Assembly (NCBI GenBank): GCA_013239625.1
Contig: MU054323.1
Location: 20,667,082 to 20,731,081 of the forward strand
Direction: 5' to 3'
From: Lama guanicoe
Lineage: Eukaryota
DNA length: 64,000 nt
Positions 50,701 through 64,000 of this stretch are shown here, in pieces. Every line of letters starts with the position of its first letter. Position 1 is the stretch's first letter. The translations under genes were made by a program, and so were the position numbers. The notes under the pieces were generated by a model. It had not been told where the DNA came from, did not search any database, and saw nothing but the letters and a program-made list of their open reading frames with translations.

Positions 50701-53700
50701 CATAGGCTCTGAGTTCCACCTCCCAGGTGACCACGTGCGGTGAAGCACATGTGGGAGGACAGCAGAACTCAGCAGGCAGAGAAGGTCAAGAGCAAATCCA
50801 TCCTCACGAGGGCTACCTAACACTGAGTTATTTCCTCCAGGCCTCCCAGAACCATGAACTAATTCACACCACAAATCTCTGCTGAAAGTCAGCTGTGTGC
50901 AAAGTGACTGGTTTCATGCTGGCTTCTTCTTCGATGTTCTCTAGCCAGTGCCACTGGCACCAACAGCTGGCCGGATGGAGGAGGGCCGGGGCTCCCAGGG
51001 GCACTGGGCAGCGTGCTGGAAAGGGCGGGAATGAGCGGACAGTTCACTCTGTTCCTCCAGCAGATAAAGGTCCCCTTTGCCCTCTCACTTTCCGTTGCTG
51101 ATCTCTCCAAGGCCTAAAGAATACTCTGTCCCAGATCACGGTGACTTGTGGCCTCCAAGTGCCTTTCCCGATTCCTGGTAGTTTCACTTCCTGGAATGCG
51201 ATAGCCCCACCACTATGTCAGTGCCAGAGGCAAGTCCAGGTGCTTCCCTTGGATGTCTCACAGGTTTGCAACCTTGAAGTCATCTCCACTTTCCCTTCTC
51301 TCCCACCTCCCACAAGCACATGCACCCAGATCCTCTTAGCTCTGCCCCCATGCTCTCTCCAGCCTGTCACCGCTGATGGCAGCTCAGGGGGACGCGCCTC
51401 CAGCCCTGATCCATCTCACACATTGCCATCAGAAAGCCCTCCTCCAACCCACGCTCCAGGCAGTATTACTCCCCATTTGAAACCAACTCCAGCCTCCCTT
51501 CACCTACAGGAGGGGGTCCTTGGCTTGGCATTCAAACCATCCCAAGTGTGGCTGCTCCTGCCTTTCTAGCTCTGTCTCCTGCTCTGCTCCTCTGGCCTCA
51601 GCCTGTGTTCTGGCCACACAAATCAACTTGCTGCTCCCCAGTCAGCTCTTGAGTTGCCCCCAACTATGCATTTGGCTTCAGCTTTTCCTTCTGCGTCCCA
51701 GCACTCTTATTTGTGTGCTGTTTATCCCTTCCTTTGGGCCAGCTCCACTCTCGGGAACCTCCCTACACCTCACAGTCAAAATGCAACTCCAACTTCCACA
51801 TCCCCAGCAGGCTGTTAGTATGAGTACAAAGCTTGTTCTGTCCACATCCAGCCCTCATTTACAGGATGGGATCTCAGAGGCAAGGTGTTCTCACGTTTTA
51901 TTTCTTTCTTAGAGGAAGAGTAAGAATTAATTTAACAATATTTAGCCTTCTCAAAGAAGATATTCAATATTAACATAATTTAATAATATTATTTTACTGT
52001 GGCACTTATTAAAACCACTGATTTGAGGACAAAATTAATGATGTATTTTCAAAGTATTCAAGACTCAGTAGTAATAATGAACTTGGAACACCCAAGTGCA
52101 AACCATTAGTAGGGTATTCTGCAAAACTCCTGTGTGCTGGAGGAATGTGGAAACTTGCCATCAACTGCTTGATATTCTTGCAAGATGTCAAAACAAGATA
52201 ATATTGATCTGATCAATCAGCTGGCTCAACTTCTGACTAAAGTGAAAAATCAGGAGTGATGCTCAGTCCTCAGCTACTTTTCAGTCTAAGGCAGAAGGAT
52301 GTGCATTTTTTGCTTAAGAAAATCCCGCTGTATTACGGAGGCTCTGTCTCCGAGTTGCTATCAGGCAGAACAGAGAACATGCGGGGACACGTTGACCCAG
52401 TGTCCCCACACAGTGACACCATGCTGCTGAGATTCCTAAATCTGAGGAATGTAGCTTGGGTTTGGTTTTTCGGATGCAAAAATTCACTCAGAATGAGTTT
52501 AAGGCGGGGGCAGGATGCTTTCATATAATTTAGGGCAAAGGAGTCACACTGGGGCCGGATGGTCTATCAATACACATTATGTTAGTCTTTTCTAGTCGCG
52601 GAATGGATTTTTTAAAAAAACATTTTATTTTGAAATAATTTTAAACACACAGAAAAGATGCAAGTTTAGCACCTCCCTATCTGTCTTTACTATTTATATG
52701 TGCACATAGTCTTATTTTTTTCTGAACCATTTGAGAGTAATTTGGAGGTGTTGTACCTCTTTCTCTCTTAATACTTCGGTTGTGTATTTCCTAAGAATAA
52801 AAATAACCTCTTACGAGACCACAGTACTGTTATCAAATTCAGGAAATTTTATATTGATTTTAACCTACAGACAATATTCAGTAGTTATTCTAATCATTTC
52901 CTGTATGGCTTTTCACCCTTCCTGTATGGTCCAGGGTAACATTTAGCTGTTATAGAATTCTTGTTTTTTTCCACACCTCAAATCCTCAGTTATAGACCAA
53001 GATGGGGACTACAAAGATAGGTAAGTGGCCTTTTACATTAATTATTCCCTCAGAGGCTTTCACATATGGAACTTTACACGCACGCACAAGGCACTCAGTA
53101 TATAATGATTGATTTCAATTTCTTGAAAAGAAATTCAAACCAGAAGGAGAGAGAATATGTTAATATAGTTTTACTATAAATTAACCTGGAAAAATTCTGA
53201 AACAGATAAAAGCAGTAGGGCAAAAACTTTATAGATTAGAAGGGAAGAGGTCCACTTATGAATTCCATCATGAAATGATCTTTCCCATTTTTGGTGGAGA
53301 GGGTCCTGTAGAAATCTAGTGAGTATTAGAGTTCACTAAATGTATACTGAGCCCTCACTGGATGCTGTGTGTGCTGTGTGCGCTGTGTGTGTCTCTCTAA
53401 GGAAAATGCACAATCAGAAAAAAGGAATGAATCACTAATGGCAGAATTTGGGGTATCAGGAACTTTGACAGCTTGGGACAGGGGTGGGGAGAAGGCTGCT
53501 TGCACATCACTTGCAGAACTACTTGTCTAGGCTGCTCCTCTTTCCACACCCCTCCTCTCTGGGTTAACTTCACCACCAAACAGGGAGCCAAGGCACAAAC
53601 AAACTCACCTGTTTCTGACACGTGTAGAAACTCACGGAGGAAACACAAATACGGCTCTATGATTCCTGGATTATGTAACTATGTAGATAATCAAGACCTG

Positions 53701-53795
53701 GCCTGATTTTAAAAGGATGACGCTGTAACTAACATCAGACACTGTTTATTAGATTTCTATCTTCGAAAACAATTTTTATCTATGATGTCCTAGAG

Positions 53796-53994
53796 CAGGG
53801 GTCAATGAACTGTGGCTTGCAGATCAAATCTGGGCAGCTGCCTGCTTTTGTAAATAAAGTTTTATTGGAACACAGTCACGTCCACTTATTTACCTATTGT
53901 TTAAAATGGCAGAGCTGAGACAGAGACTGAATGGCTAACGAAGCCTAAAACATTCACTCTCCAGCCCTTTACTGTAAAAGTGTGCCAACCCCTG
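53796..53994 (+). mobile_element. MER58A hAT MITE
   Basis: CAGGGG...CCCCTG termini, ttttgtaaataaagttttattggaacacag core and an 8-bp TSD tcctagag/tccaagag (7 of 8 match). Confidence 0.9.
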
Positions 53995-54042
53995 TCCAAG
54001 AGCAATAAGGCACCGAAAAAAGAGAATTTATGAACGAGGTAC

Positions 54043-54174
54043 CTGTTGACTGGCAGATGTTTTCTTGAGACAAGGCGGTCATGACAGTTTCTGTGGCTGC
54101 ATCTCTGATGACTTGCTCCTCACTCTGCAGGAGGGTGAGGACACACTTCCAGAGAGCAAGTGTATCCTGCAGTC
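54043..54174 (-). CDS. THADA: THADA coding exon (about exon 36), 132 bp
   Basis: cttcatag|GA CTG CAG; LQDTLALWKCVLTLLQSEEQVIRDAATETVMTALSQENICQST; donor ACA G|gtac; phase 1 to 1. Confidence 0.93.
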
Positions 54175-57066
54175 CTATGAAGGTCAAGAGGAATTCGAAT
54201 TACCTAGGATGCAATTTACAAGCAGGAAGAGATACAGATTCAAATCCAGGATTTAATGAGCAACGACTATTCCTTTTTTTGTGGATATTACAAGAAAGGG
54301 AGACCTGCGAGTCAGATAAAGGCTGGAGAGAGAGTGCCCAAGGGGGCAGGTTTGGAAACATCTTTTTGAAAGGGAAAGGCTTCTGGAGGCAACGAGCTGC
54401 AGGCAGTACCCCCAGAAGGTGTGGCCTCGCTGACTAAGGCCCAGCTGTCCACAATGACTCATGCTTCTCAGGAATGAAACTTTACGCATCAAGAGTGCTT
54501 TGGGGAAACCAACCCAGTGTTGATCTGAGTGAGTGTTTGAGCTTATAAGTTCTGAAAGCCAAGTTTCAATCAAGATCATGCATTATGGCGGGGAGGCAAG
54601 AATTGAAAAAAAGCAAAGATCCACGATAAAGGTGCCAGCCTGTCCACGTCCACATGGGGCCACTATCTGATGGTCATTACCCCGGGCAGGGACCCTGGCC
54701 AGTCCCTGTGCTTGGTGCTGCTGGGGATGACTGAACAGGAACAGTGTCTGCCCTGAGCAACTGAGAGGGACATCAAGGACACCTCACACAACTCAAGCAG
54801 AAGGCAGGGCCGGAAATGCGTGGCTGTGACCTGCCGCAGGGAAAGGTCCCTGGGGATGGTTTAACGGAGGCCGACTGCATGAGGGAGGTGAGAGGTGGGC
54901 AGGGCCTCAAAGGAAGGACACATGCTGTCTGGGTGCAATGGGTCACTGTGGAAGACCCCCACTCATCGCCCCTAGCCTTTCGATGGGGAACCAACCCTGT
55001 CCTGGGAACTCTCCTCAGCCTCCCTCTCCCACATCTGTCCACGGAGAGCCTGCTATCAGAGACAGCAACACTTAAGTCATACCAAGAACACCAGTGGCTC
55101 CCTCTAGGGTTTGTTCTCTCTTGTCTGTTATAAATCTGGCTTTAAATTTTACTCAGACTTTCAGAACATCTCCATTCTAATTACTCTCTAGGGCTTAATA
55201 TTTTCCTTTCTTAATAGTTTCTGATAACCCTAAGGTCCTCAGTCTTCCCTCTTTAGTCCATTTCAATTTTTCTTTTCCTCTAAATGATTTTGTTCTGTCC
55301 TTGACTTATCCCCACGCACTTTCATGTCCTTTGCCTCTCAGTCCTGTACCCACTGCTCCTGAAGGCCATCAGCTGCCACCAACCTCCTTCCTCACTGCCT
55401 GTGATGCTCTAACCAGCTCCAGCAATTAATGATGAGCCAATGGTTTTTGCCCAGGACTCAGTTTCTCTCAGGAATTCCACGTTATTCTACACAGATGTGC
55501 CTGATATGAGCTTGGGTTAGAGCAGCCAAAGTCACCCAGAAAATGTGCTGCAAAATGACATTACCCTCCCTGGAGAGGCTTCACCAAAGTTTATAAACCT
55601 TTGCTCTTATTCCTCTGGGTCCAAGATCAAATCACAATTGTAGCAAGCAGGTCCCCTTTCAGCCCTCTTTGGGTGTGGAAAAAAAGTGCCTGGCAGTCAC
55701 TTAGAAGAAAGATTTAAAAGGATATCAAAGACAACAGCAGAGAGATCCAGGGACTGTCTCATGACTGTCTTCATTGGTCTGACCCCCGATAACACTAAAA
55801 TTTTGAGTCTTACCATCTAAAAAAGCAGTTATTTCCCTTATTCTGTAAATCCCTTCTCCACAACTACACGGCAAGCTCCTTGGATGTAGGGACCACGGTT
55901 TATTCTCCGAGGCCAGGCAAACAGAGAATAAAACCAGAATTCTGGTGATGGATGGAAGAGAGTCCCAGCCCATAACATGGGGAGATAAGATGGCAGGAGA
56001 GGGCAGGGTGAGGACATGGCTTTGGGTCCTGGGTTTTCCTTCTATTGAACTCTATGCTTGAAACAAAACACTACAATTAAAAAAAAACATTTTTTAAGTT
56101 AAAACAAAACAAAATAAGACAAAAACCCCTATGCATTTTCAGTTCCTTTGGATTTCCTAAAGCTTGGTTTTCTCAAACACCATTGATACGATGCTCTTTC
56201 CTAATCATTACTCTTGAAGGACAGGGGGTGGCAGTGAGGAAAGAGACATGCAGGTGGAGAATTTGGCTGGATCTGTACATCCATTTGATTTCAAAATAGC
56301 TCTACCTTTGTTTCCCAAAGATGCCTTGAACTTAAAGCTAATTTCAGTGAAAGGAATCTGCAGTCTTTCCAGTCACTTCAGTGGGAAGCCTGGAAGTCAT
56401 CCTTGAAGGTTCCTTTATATGAACCTCAACACCAGGTCCTGTTAATTCTACTTCCTAAGTGCCTTTGAGCCTGGCCTTTCTTCTTCCTCAAGGCCATGGC
56501 TTCACACTGACCCACTGATTTCTCCCCAAGACCACTGCAGTAGGCTTCCTGGAAGAGGTGATGGTTAGACCAAGTCTTGGAAGACAAACAGAAGTCAGTC
56601 AAGCAGCAGTTTGTTTAGAGAACTGTTCCTTGCTGATGATGCATGGGGAGTGGTAGCCGATGAGGAAGGACAAGAGGGTGGGGCACAGAAGAGGAAGAAG
56701 GGCCTTATGAGTCATGCTAAGGAGAGCTGAGATTTTATCCTGATGGCAATGGCAACGCACTCAAAGGCTTTAAGCAGTGGAGGGAAATGCTCAGATCTGT
56801 AATTCAGAAAGACCACAGAGAGGCTTTTGGAAGCATATGGAGAATGGCTCGGGGCACAAGCCTGAAAGAAAAGAGGCCAGTTAAGAGGCTGTTGGTGAAA
56901 AGTGATTAGAGTAGGAACTGAGAGGGTGAAACTATCTTTGGAAGATGAAAAGCTTTGGTGTGCCCTGTCATCTTTCATCTTCCCTTCTTTTTTAACCTAG
57001 AGCATCTATATTCACGCTTTCAATGCATTTGGTGGAATGGACATACCCTCGGCTCAGCACACTTAC

Positions 57067-57220
57067 CAAGAATGGGACAGGGGTGGGTGAGGAAAAATGG
57101 TGCGGTGCTGGTGAGAACTTCAGCGGTGGCCAGCCTGGACTCCTTGGGAAGATGATCTCCACAGGAAGTGACGACCAACTGAGCCCACTGCTTCAGGGTG
57201 GGGGCCACCAAGTCCCTGGT
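57067..57220 (-). CDS. THADA: THADA coding exon (about exon 35), 154 bp
   Basis: gtttttag|ACC AGG GAC; TRDLVAPTLKQWAQLVVTSCGDHLPKESRLATAEVLTSTAPFFLTHPCPIL; donor G|gtaagt; phase 0 to 1. Confidence 0.92.
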
Positions 57221-57574
57221 CTAAAAACATAAAATGTACATACAGCAGTTCAGAAGATGCAATCGTGGGCAGTCATGGAACTAGGGATGAGCTGCACATA
57301 CCACACTGGATCCGCACGTTCGCTCCTCATGCAGGAGGAAGGAACGACGGTTTATTAGTTGCTTTTCCATCCCAACTAGGGAGAAATAAACAAGCCCAGG
57401 GGAGAAAATCTGACTTGTTTTTCAGCGATACGGAGTCACTATAACTAGAGAGCAAGTTCCTTGAGTCTTTTCTGAGGCAAATCATGTTATCACAACACTG
57501 GTGTATTTGATAGCTTCAGTAAAGACAAAACTTTTGGGGAAAGACTATGCAGCAAATAATAGCTGTTGTCCCTG

Positions 57575-58010
57575 ATAACCAGATATTCCTTCTATCTTTA
57601 GTAACAAAATGCTGGATTTTTGCCTGTGCATGTGGGCACTCAGCTAAAGACTACATTTCCCAGGCTCCCTTGCATTTGGGAGTAACTTGTGATTAAGTTC
57701 TGACCAATGGGATGCCATTAAAAGTGGTATCCGTGGCTCTTTCAGGTCATGCCTGAGGAAATAGGTGTGACTTTCACTTCCTGGGTTTCTCCTTCCTGCT
57801 AGTTGAACAAGGACAAAATGACGGGAGCTGGAGCAACCATCTGGGATGATAAGATGGAAGCTATGTTGAGGACAGCAGAACAACAAGGCAAAAGGGCTTG
57901 GGGGCCCAACACTGTCAAGCCGCTATCTGCTCTGGACTGCTTCTACCTCGTTTAAGCCGCAGTATTTATGTGTTTCCATTACAACACTTAAACCAGTATC
58001 TTAACTAACA
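57575..58010 (+). mobile_element. MLT1-type LTR
   Basis: cagctaaagactacatttcccaggctcccttgca..aagttctgaccaatgggatg..tgtttccattacaacacttaaacc. Confidence 0.7.
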
Positions 58011-58034
58011 TTATTGTTTAAACAAAGCCCTATT

Positions 58035-58465
58035 GTTTTTTAACAGGAACAGCTTTATTGAGATATAATTCACATACCATATAATTTCACCCACTTAAAT
58101 ACATAATTCAATGATTTTTTTCGTATATTCACAGATACGTGTATACTACCAACACCACAGTCAATTTTAAAATAGTTATCATCCCCATCCAGTCGGCTCC
58201 CCCTCCCCCAGCCCTAAACCATTAATCTCCTTTCTGCCTTTAAGAATTTGTCTATTCTGTACATTTCATTTAAATTGAACCATACAATAGGCAGTCTTTT
58301 GTGACTGGCTTCTTTTACTTAGCATGTTTTCAAGGGTAATCCATGCTGTAGGCTGTATCATACTTCACTAGTTTTAATGGCTAAATAATATTCCATTCTT
58401 GAGATATACCATATTTTGTTTGCCTGTTCATCAACTGATGGACATTTGGGTTGTTTCCATCTTTT
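58035..58465 (-). mobile_element. L1M 3' end
   Basis: acagctttattgagatataattcacataccat...gatggacatttgggttgtttcca. Confidence 0.88.
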
Positions 58466-60014
58466 AAACTCTGTGTTTTTGTTTTGTTTTGGACTTTTTC
58501 TAGAAAGGGGATTACTGTTCCAAATATATTTTACTTCCCTTATTAACTGAGCCTCTTTAGATGTTCAGAATGAGACTATTGACTCTTCTGATCATAGATG
58601 GGCATCTATGGAACTAAAGTGATCAGCATCTTAGATCTTGAGGGAGCTGCTGACTTCTAAGGCATAAAAAACCCCAGGTTTTCCTGGGAACGTCTTTTAT
58701 GTGTCTCTCTGCAGTTTTATTAATTTTTCTCTCCTGGAAAAACTCAATTTTCTTCAAATATCACTTCATTCAAGTACCAAGCAGCGCCTTTAAGGTGCAC
58801 ATGACAACTGGTTAAAAACAGCTTTAGATAAGAACGAGTCTTCCGGCAGACATGTCAGGCTGCCCTGTGACTACTTTCTCAGGCTTGTTTTTTCCTCCTC
58901 TGAGCTGTAGTTTTTTAGCAAATCCTCTTCCTTCCTACAGACTCTCCTCCTGCCCTCCCCAAAACACATACATGACTTTTTTATTTGTTTGTTTTTATCT
59001 CATTGTGACCACCTGCTTGGGCCCCCTGGCCTGCCTCTTAATGACAGACCCAAGGAAGCTGTGTATCTGCTTAATTCTCATCCTCGGATTGTCTCTCCGC
59101 CCAGCCCCAGGCTCTCTGAGCTTAACAGTCTCCTCTGTGAAGTCCTCCTCAGCTCTGTAAACACACCCTCCCTCCTCTGGATTCCCACAGCCGCCTCTCT
59201 GCGAGAGCATGTCACACGTGATCTGACGCTCCTTTTCTCTCATTAAACTGTCCCCCACCCCTGTTTGGTTCATCATCGTATCTCTAGTACCTCTTTCAGT
59301 GCTGCTTCAGCGAAAGGAATCGGAATCCACAATGTTATGATGCCAGTGTCTGTGACAGGGTGGTGATGTGTAACCAAGATCTTCAGGTAATTTAACTGGG
59401 GTACTGACTGCCTTTTACTTATAGTAACTCTCTGATGGTGGCCCCTTTCTCATATGCCTTAAGTATGCACGGTTGTGTCTTAAAGCATCTTCCCAGGCAG
59501 CTATGATGACTTTAGTTCCACCTCACCCCGAAAGACATGTAAGGCAGGTGGGGCACATCTGGGTCTCTATGCAGAGCCACCTGGGCCATGTTTGGGGGCG
59601 ATATTTAAGCCTTAGTGATATATTTTCACACTTAGTTGACTAGGATGCAATCCTAGTGACTTGCTCACTCCCTCTTTAAATAAAGAGTCTAGCTAGAAAA
59701 ATAGGAAAAAACAAGGAGTTTAGGCATAGGTATATGTATGTATGTGGGGTAGGGGGAGGGGAAGAAGGTTGTGCCACCCTCTTGGACTCTAACCAGATGT
59801 GCCAGAAACAAGAGAAAAGAAATGCCAAAGACAGGGCTCAGAAAATTCTTTCCAAGTTATACCCAAAGTGAAAAATCAACACGAACAATACTTTTGAAGA
59901 AGCTACGCACACACAGGCCACAGGGATACTGCCAGTGGGATGGTTCTCTTTTACTGACAACCTTCCAGGGAAATCAGAGCACTGAAACCCCAGAACAGAG
60001 GGAATCAGTCTCAC

Positions 60015-60087
60015 CTCCTCGCACATCTGCATGTGGTAGGCGATCACTTTGGAGGCAAGTCTCAGAGCTTCACTTTGAATTTCAGAC
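60015..60087 (-). CDS. THADA: THADA coding exon (about exon 34), 73 bp
   Basis: ttttctag|G TCT GAA; SEIQSEALRLASKVIAYHMQMCEE; donor GAG|gtgaga; phase 2 to 0. Confidence 0.92.
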
Positions 60088-60474
60088 CTAGAAAAGTCAG
60101 CCAAAAAACACACAAAAGATAAAATTACCCTGAAACTAATATAATATTGTAAGTCAATTACACTTCAATAAATAAATATGAAAAAATGAAGTCAAACATT
60201 TTATATACAGATGGTTTTGGCAGATAGTCTGTAATCCACACGGGTGGAAATCTCTGCCTCGGGGCTGTACAAACACCTCCAGAAGCAATTACCTTTTGGT
60301 TATGAATGGGAAACTCTGACATCACTCTATTGCTTGGGCTTAGAACATAGGCTGAGACTTAAGAGAAATACTGGACCTGGTCCTTAGGCCAGGACTGTGC
60401 TCAAGTTCATTACATAACTGACTGACAGGATCATGTGTTGTACCGAGTTTGCACAGGAAACACTGGGGGCAAAC

Positions 60475-60593
60475 CTTTCATTGGAAGCAATATCCATCGT
60501 CCAGATCAAGAACTCCGTTGGGGTTAGATGGACACAGTGCTCTGTCTGAGGAAGCCACTCACTGGGGTCCATGCAATGGAGAATTCTCAGTAT
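60475..60593 (-). CDS. THADA: THADA coding exon (about exon 33), 119 bp
   Basis: cacag|ATA CTG AGA; ILRILHCMDPSEWLPQTEHCVHLTPTEFLIWTMDIASNE(R); donor AG|gtttg; phase 0 to 2. Confidence 0.92.
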
Positions 60594-61183
60594 CTGTGTG
60601 CGTCAGATCAATGGAAAACAAACAAGCAAACATTTCAGGAAAAAGTTTCCAGAATCTATAAAATAATCACGTGTATTGATAAGAGAGTCTATCTTTTGAA
60701 AAGCTCCCACTGAGTTCTTTCTTCCTCCTTAATACCTTTGGGAGACCCAGACAGGTGGAGTAGAGGTGCGCTGGGAGCAGAGTCTACACGCCCAGCTTCC
60801 TAGGTCAGTGCCCTTTCCTTTTGATCATGCTTTCCAGGTGACCATCTGCCCCCAAAGAGCCACACCATCAAAGACTACCCTCTGGCCCATTCTACAGCTA
60901 TTTTCAATGCTCTGTCTCCTTGGGCACTGAGTGGCTTACTCTCTCAATCTCTGTCATCAATACCATTATCATCAAACACTTTCTTCAGCACCCTTTTACA
61001 CGTGAAGCCACGCCAAGTGCCACACAAGAGAGTCCTTGCCCTCAAGATGCTGAATCTCCTTCTTATTGCTCCTAGAAACACCAGATCCAACGCTGTCTCA
61101 GGAGCTTATCTCTCTAGTGGGCTCACCAAAGCATGTGGGGAGTGGAAAGGGACGGTCAGGATACCATACACCGTAGACTTCAC

Positions 61184-61563
61184 CTTGCAGAGGCATTCCG
61201 GGTGGTTTTCCTTCATAACCAACGTCAAGAATGTCCCTCCCATATTCCGCAGCAAGGGCAGCAGTCTCTTCTCTCCTAATCCAGAGGCTGTTGCCGAGAA
61301 CCTTTCCAACAGGGCTTCCAGCGTCAGCAGGCGGACTTCAGGGAAGGAAGACTCTAAAAGCTGAGAGAAGGAGACTGGAACGTCCCTAGTCTGCTCTCCA
61401 GCCTGGGTGGCCACGGCCCACACAGCAGCGATGGCCAGTTTGGTGAGGCTCTGGAGGTACTGGGGCAGGCCTGGTGCTGTGAAGGTATACGGGAATCCCG
61501 TTATCAGCTCTGATCCTGAGATGATCCTTCTGACTTCCTCCCAGAGGCCAAGATGCTCCAGAA
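61184..61563 (-). CDS. THADA: THADA coding exon, 7th from last (about exon 32), 380 bp
   Basis: Acceptor gctttttag|TT CTG GAG. Translates LEHLGLWEEVRRIISGSELITGFPYTFTAPGLPQYLQSLTKLAI...KENHPECLCK. Donor AAG|gtgaag. Confidence 0.93.
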
Positions 61564-62117
61564 CTAAAAAGCAAGAAAAGCAAAGAGAAAGAGGTAATCA
61601 TTTAACTCATGGTTCCACAAAAGGACATGGGGGAACATGCAAGGCTCAGGATACACTGGGTGGGACTATCCCATGTCCTTCCTGAGTAGGTATCATATGA
61701 ACCATGTAACAAGTGACTAGCCCACAAAGATTCAGACTTTTGGCTCAGAAGTACTTTCTATTTAGGTAATTCATAATTTTTCCCTTAGGGTGACAAAAGG
61801 CACTCCTATCAGAAGATGTGCTCCTAGCACCCCTCCCTAACACTTCATAAACATAAACTCAGTGACCTCTTGAATCCTCAAGCCTCAAAGTTGGGCAGGG
61901 TAAAAGAACATCTATTCCAAACTTCCTTCAGGGGCTCAGATCCTCTCTCTGGTACCTCTTCTCAGAGGCTCTTGGTTGACCTGCACCGTGACTTGGAGCT
62001 GACAAGACAGACTATTTCATTATTAGCAGATCTAACTGTCACAAAGTTCTTTTTGGAGTTTTCACTAAGTGGCCCAATTCTACATTTTGAGGTTCCCTAT
62101 GAGCCCTTTAGGCATTT

Positions 62118-62168
62118 TTTAAAAATTGAAGTATAGTCAATTACAATGTGTCAATTTCTGGTGTACAG
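62118..62168 (-). mobile_element. Ultra-short (about 51 bp) 5'-truncated L1 tail
   Basis: ttgaagtatagtcaattacaatgtgtcaatttctggtgtacag flanked by a perfect 12-bp TSD ctttaggcattt at 62106-62117 and 62169-62180. Confidence 0.85.
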
Positions 62169-62599
62169 CTTTAGGCATTTGAATTACAGCTATTATACCC
62201 CCTCTCCTCTAGATGAAATACCCTACTTCCATCAACTATTCCCCAGATGATGGGGTTCACCCTCTCTCACTATTCTAAGCTGCATTCCTTTGGACATGCC
62301 TCACCCCCTCTTCAGGCATGGCCCCACAGAATGGAACATGACTCTCCCTCGTGGTCTGGCCAGCAGGACTGTTACTTTCCCTGTTCTGACACGAGGTTCC
62401 TGGAGTTGCATCACACCGTTGACTCATGTGGAGCATAAAGTCAACGGAAACCACAGGCCTTTCTTTTTTTACACGGTCTACTGATGGTGGTGAGTCATCC
62501 ATGTCCCACCTTGTACTCAGGACTTAGATTAAGACTCCTTTTCTTTGTTCGTTTTAAACCCCAGCATATCCCTGTTCAGTTTTATCTCCCTGTTAAGTC

Positions 62600-63250
62600 T
62601 TATGGTCTGCCTTTTGCTGACATCTTTTTGCATTCTCAGTTCTAATAAAAATCTTGCCTGCTTACTATGAGCTGGGTGCTAAGTAAAATAAGAACATTGC
62701 CTTTAAGGAGTTTATAGTCTAGTTTGAGAAAGAGAAATGAATGACCAAGTGACTCTGTTAAAGTGGTGGAAATGATCATCTGAGTCTTAAAGGGGAAGAG
62801 AGGAGAGAGTATGTTGGACCACCAAAGGCAGAGCAAAGGTTTGAAGGCATAAAACAGAAAGGACCACGTGGGGAACTACAGGCAGTCTGACCTCAGCACA
62901 GAATTCAAGGTGGGGAACAGCAGGAGATGAGGCCAGAGAAGCACTGTTTCTGGGACATGGAGAACCTCCTACGCCATGCACAGGAGCTTGGACATTCTTC
63001 TGCAGGCAAGGGGATGCCACTCAGGGGTTATTTTAAGAACAGTGAACATGTTCACTGACGTGTTCTTACTGCCAAGGGAATTAGAGGCAGGAATTAGAGG
63101 AATATTAGAGGCAGGGAGACCAGCTGAACAACCACTGCAGTAGTCTAAGAGAGAGATGATGAGGGTGATGAGGACCTAAAGTCAGGAAGAGGCAGGAATA
63201 AGATGCATTGGAGAAGCACTGAAGGAATAAAACCGGCAGCACTGGGGGAC
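62600..63250. mobile_element. L2 LINE remnants
   Basis: ttgcctttaaggagtttatagtctag, caaaggtttgaaggcat, gcagtagtctaagagagagatgatgaggg. Confidence 0.6.
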
Positions 63251-63298
63251 TGACTACGGCAGGCGTCCTGGGTACCTTGCATTAAAAAGGAATTTCAT

Positions 63299-63589
63299 AG
63301 ACTCACGGACATGGAAAACAAACTACTGCTACCAAAGCGGGAAGAGGGGTAGGGATAAATTAGGAGTTTGGTATTAACATAGACACATTACTATAAAACA
63401 GATAAACAGCAAGGACCTACTGTATAGTACAGGGAATTATATTCATTTTCTTGTAAAACCTATAATGGAAAAGAATCTGAAAACATATGTATAAATATAT
63501 ATGTAGGTATATGTATAACTGAATCGTGTTGCTGTTCACCTGAAACTAACATTGTAAATCAACTACACTTCAATCAAAAATAAAATTAA
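63299..63589 (+). mobile_element. Cetartiodactyl-type L1 3' end with TSD
   Basis: aacagcaaggacctactgtatagtacaggga..cacctgaaactaac..A-rich tail; 15-bp TSD aaaaaggaatttcat at 63284-63298 and 63590-63604. Confidence 0.9.
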
Positions 63590-64000
63590 AAAAAGGAATT
63601 TCATTTGTTTGGCGAGGAGTCAGAAACATGGCTCAGAGATCTATCTAGGCCATTCTGGATAATTTTTGGATGAACCTAGCTATCTGAAGGAGAGGTATCC
63701 CAGGCAGAGTGTCTAGTCCACTGGACTCAAGAGCTGGGTACCCAGATCCACTTGCTTCCTTTAGGACCTTGAAGAAGGATGATATTATCAAGAAGCCTGA
63801 GATCGAAGGCACCACCCCAAAGAAGGGGACCACGGGGGACATGCTCAGGAAGGGCTCCTGTGGGACCTCTTAGCCTGCACTGCCTGCAGAGTTCTGTATA
63901 ATCCCGTAAGTATGCACTGAGCATATAGTAGGTACTTTGGGAGACACAGAGATTCACAGCTGAGAAGAAAAATTACCTGTTGTCAAAGGGCTTTAAACTA

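Larger units (their letters stand above)
16046..54042 (-). other. THADA: Large THADA intron (about 38 kb)
   Basis: The flanking exons join in frame (ACA G|AA TTT = T-E-F) with no missing peptide relative to THADA as I recall it. Confidence 0.88.

Noticed and set aside
1..64000. CRISPR array, operon or prokaryote-type novel system
   Set aside because: This is mammalian intron-exon DNA; I saw no regularly spaced repeat-spacer array or gene cluster.

Overview
Mammalian genomic DNA, probably camelid. The species call is inferred from tRNA-Ala-derived SINEs and cetartiodactyl-type L1 tails, with no Alu, B1, BovB or PRE-1 recognised. Two protein-coding genes lie in tandem on the minus strand. ZFP36L2 is complete: 2 exons, CDS 10014-9964 plus 9434-8001, 494 aa, tandem CCCH zinc fingers, a CpG-island TATA promoter near 10335 and an ARE-containing 3'UTR to about 6050. 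The last seven coding exons of THADA run from 61563 to 14434, all with GT-AG junctions and consistent phases, and include a 38 kb intron (16046-54042). The rest is intronic or intergenic sequence with L1, L2, MIR, MaLR/ERV LTRs, hAT MITEs and SINEs. Almost all other ORFs in the track are spurious. I found no convincing new gene system. The best leads are a frame-compatible THADA-to-ZFP36L2 read-through splice, a miR-1302-like MER53 hairpin in the THADA intron, an intact solo LTR, a CTCF-like site between the genes and an inverted SINE pair. Repeat family names and human comparisons are from memory, and repeat boundaries are approximate unless a TSD is given.
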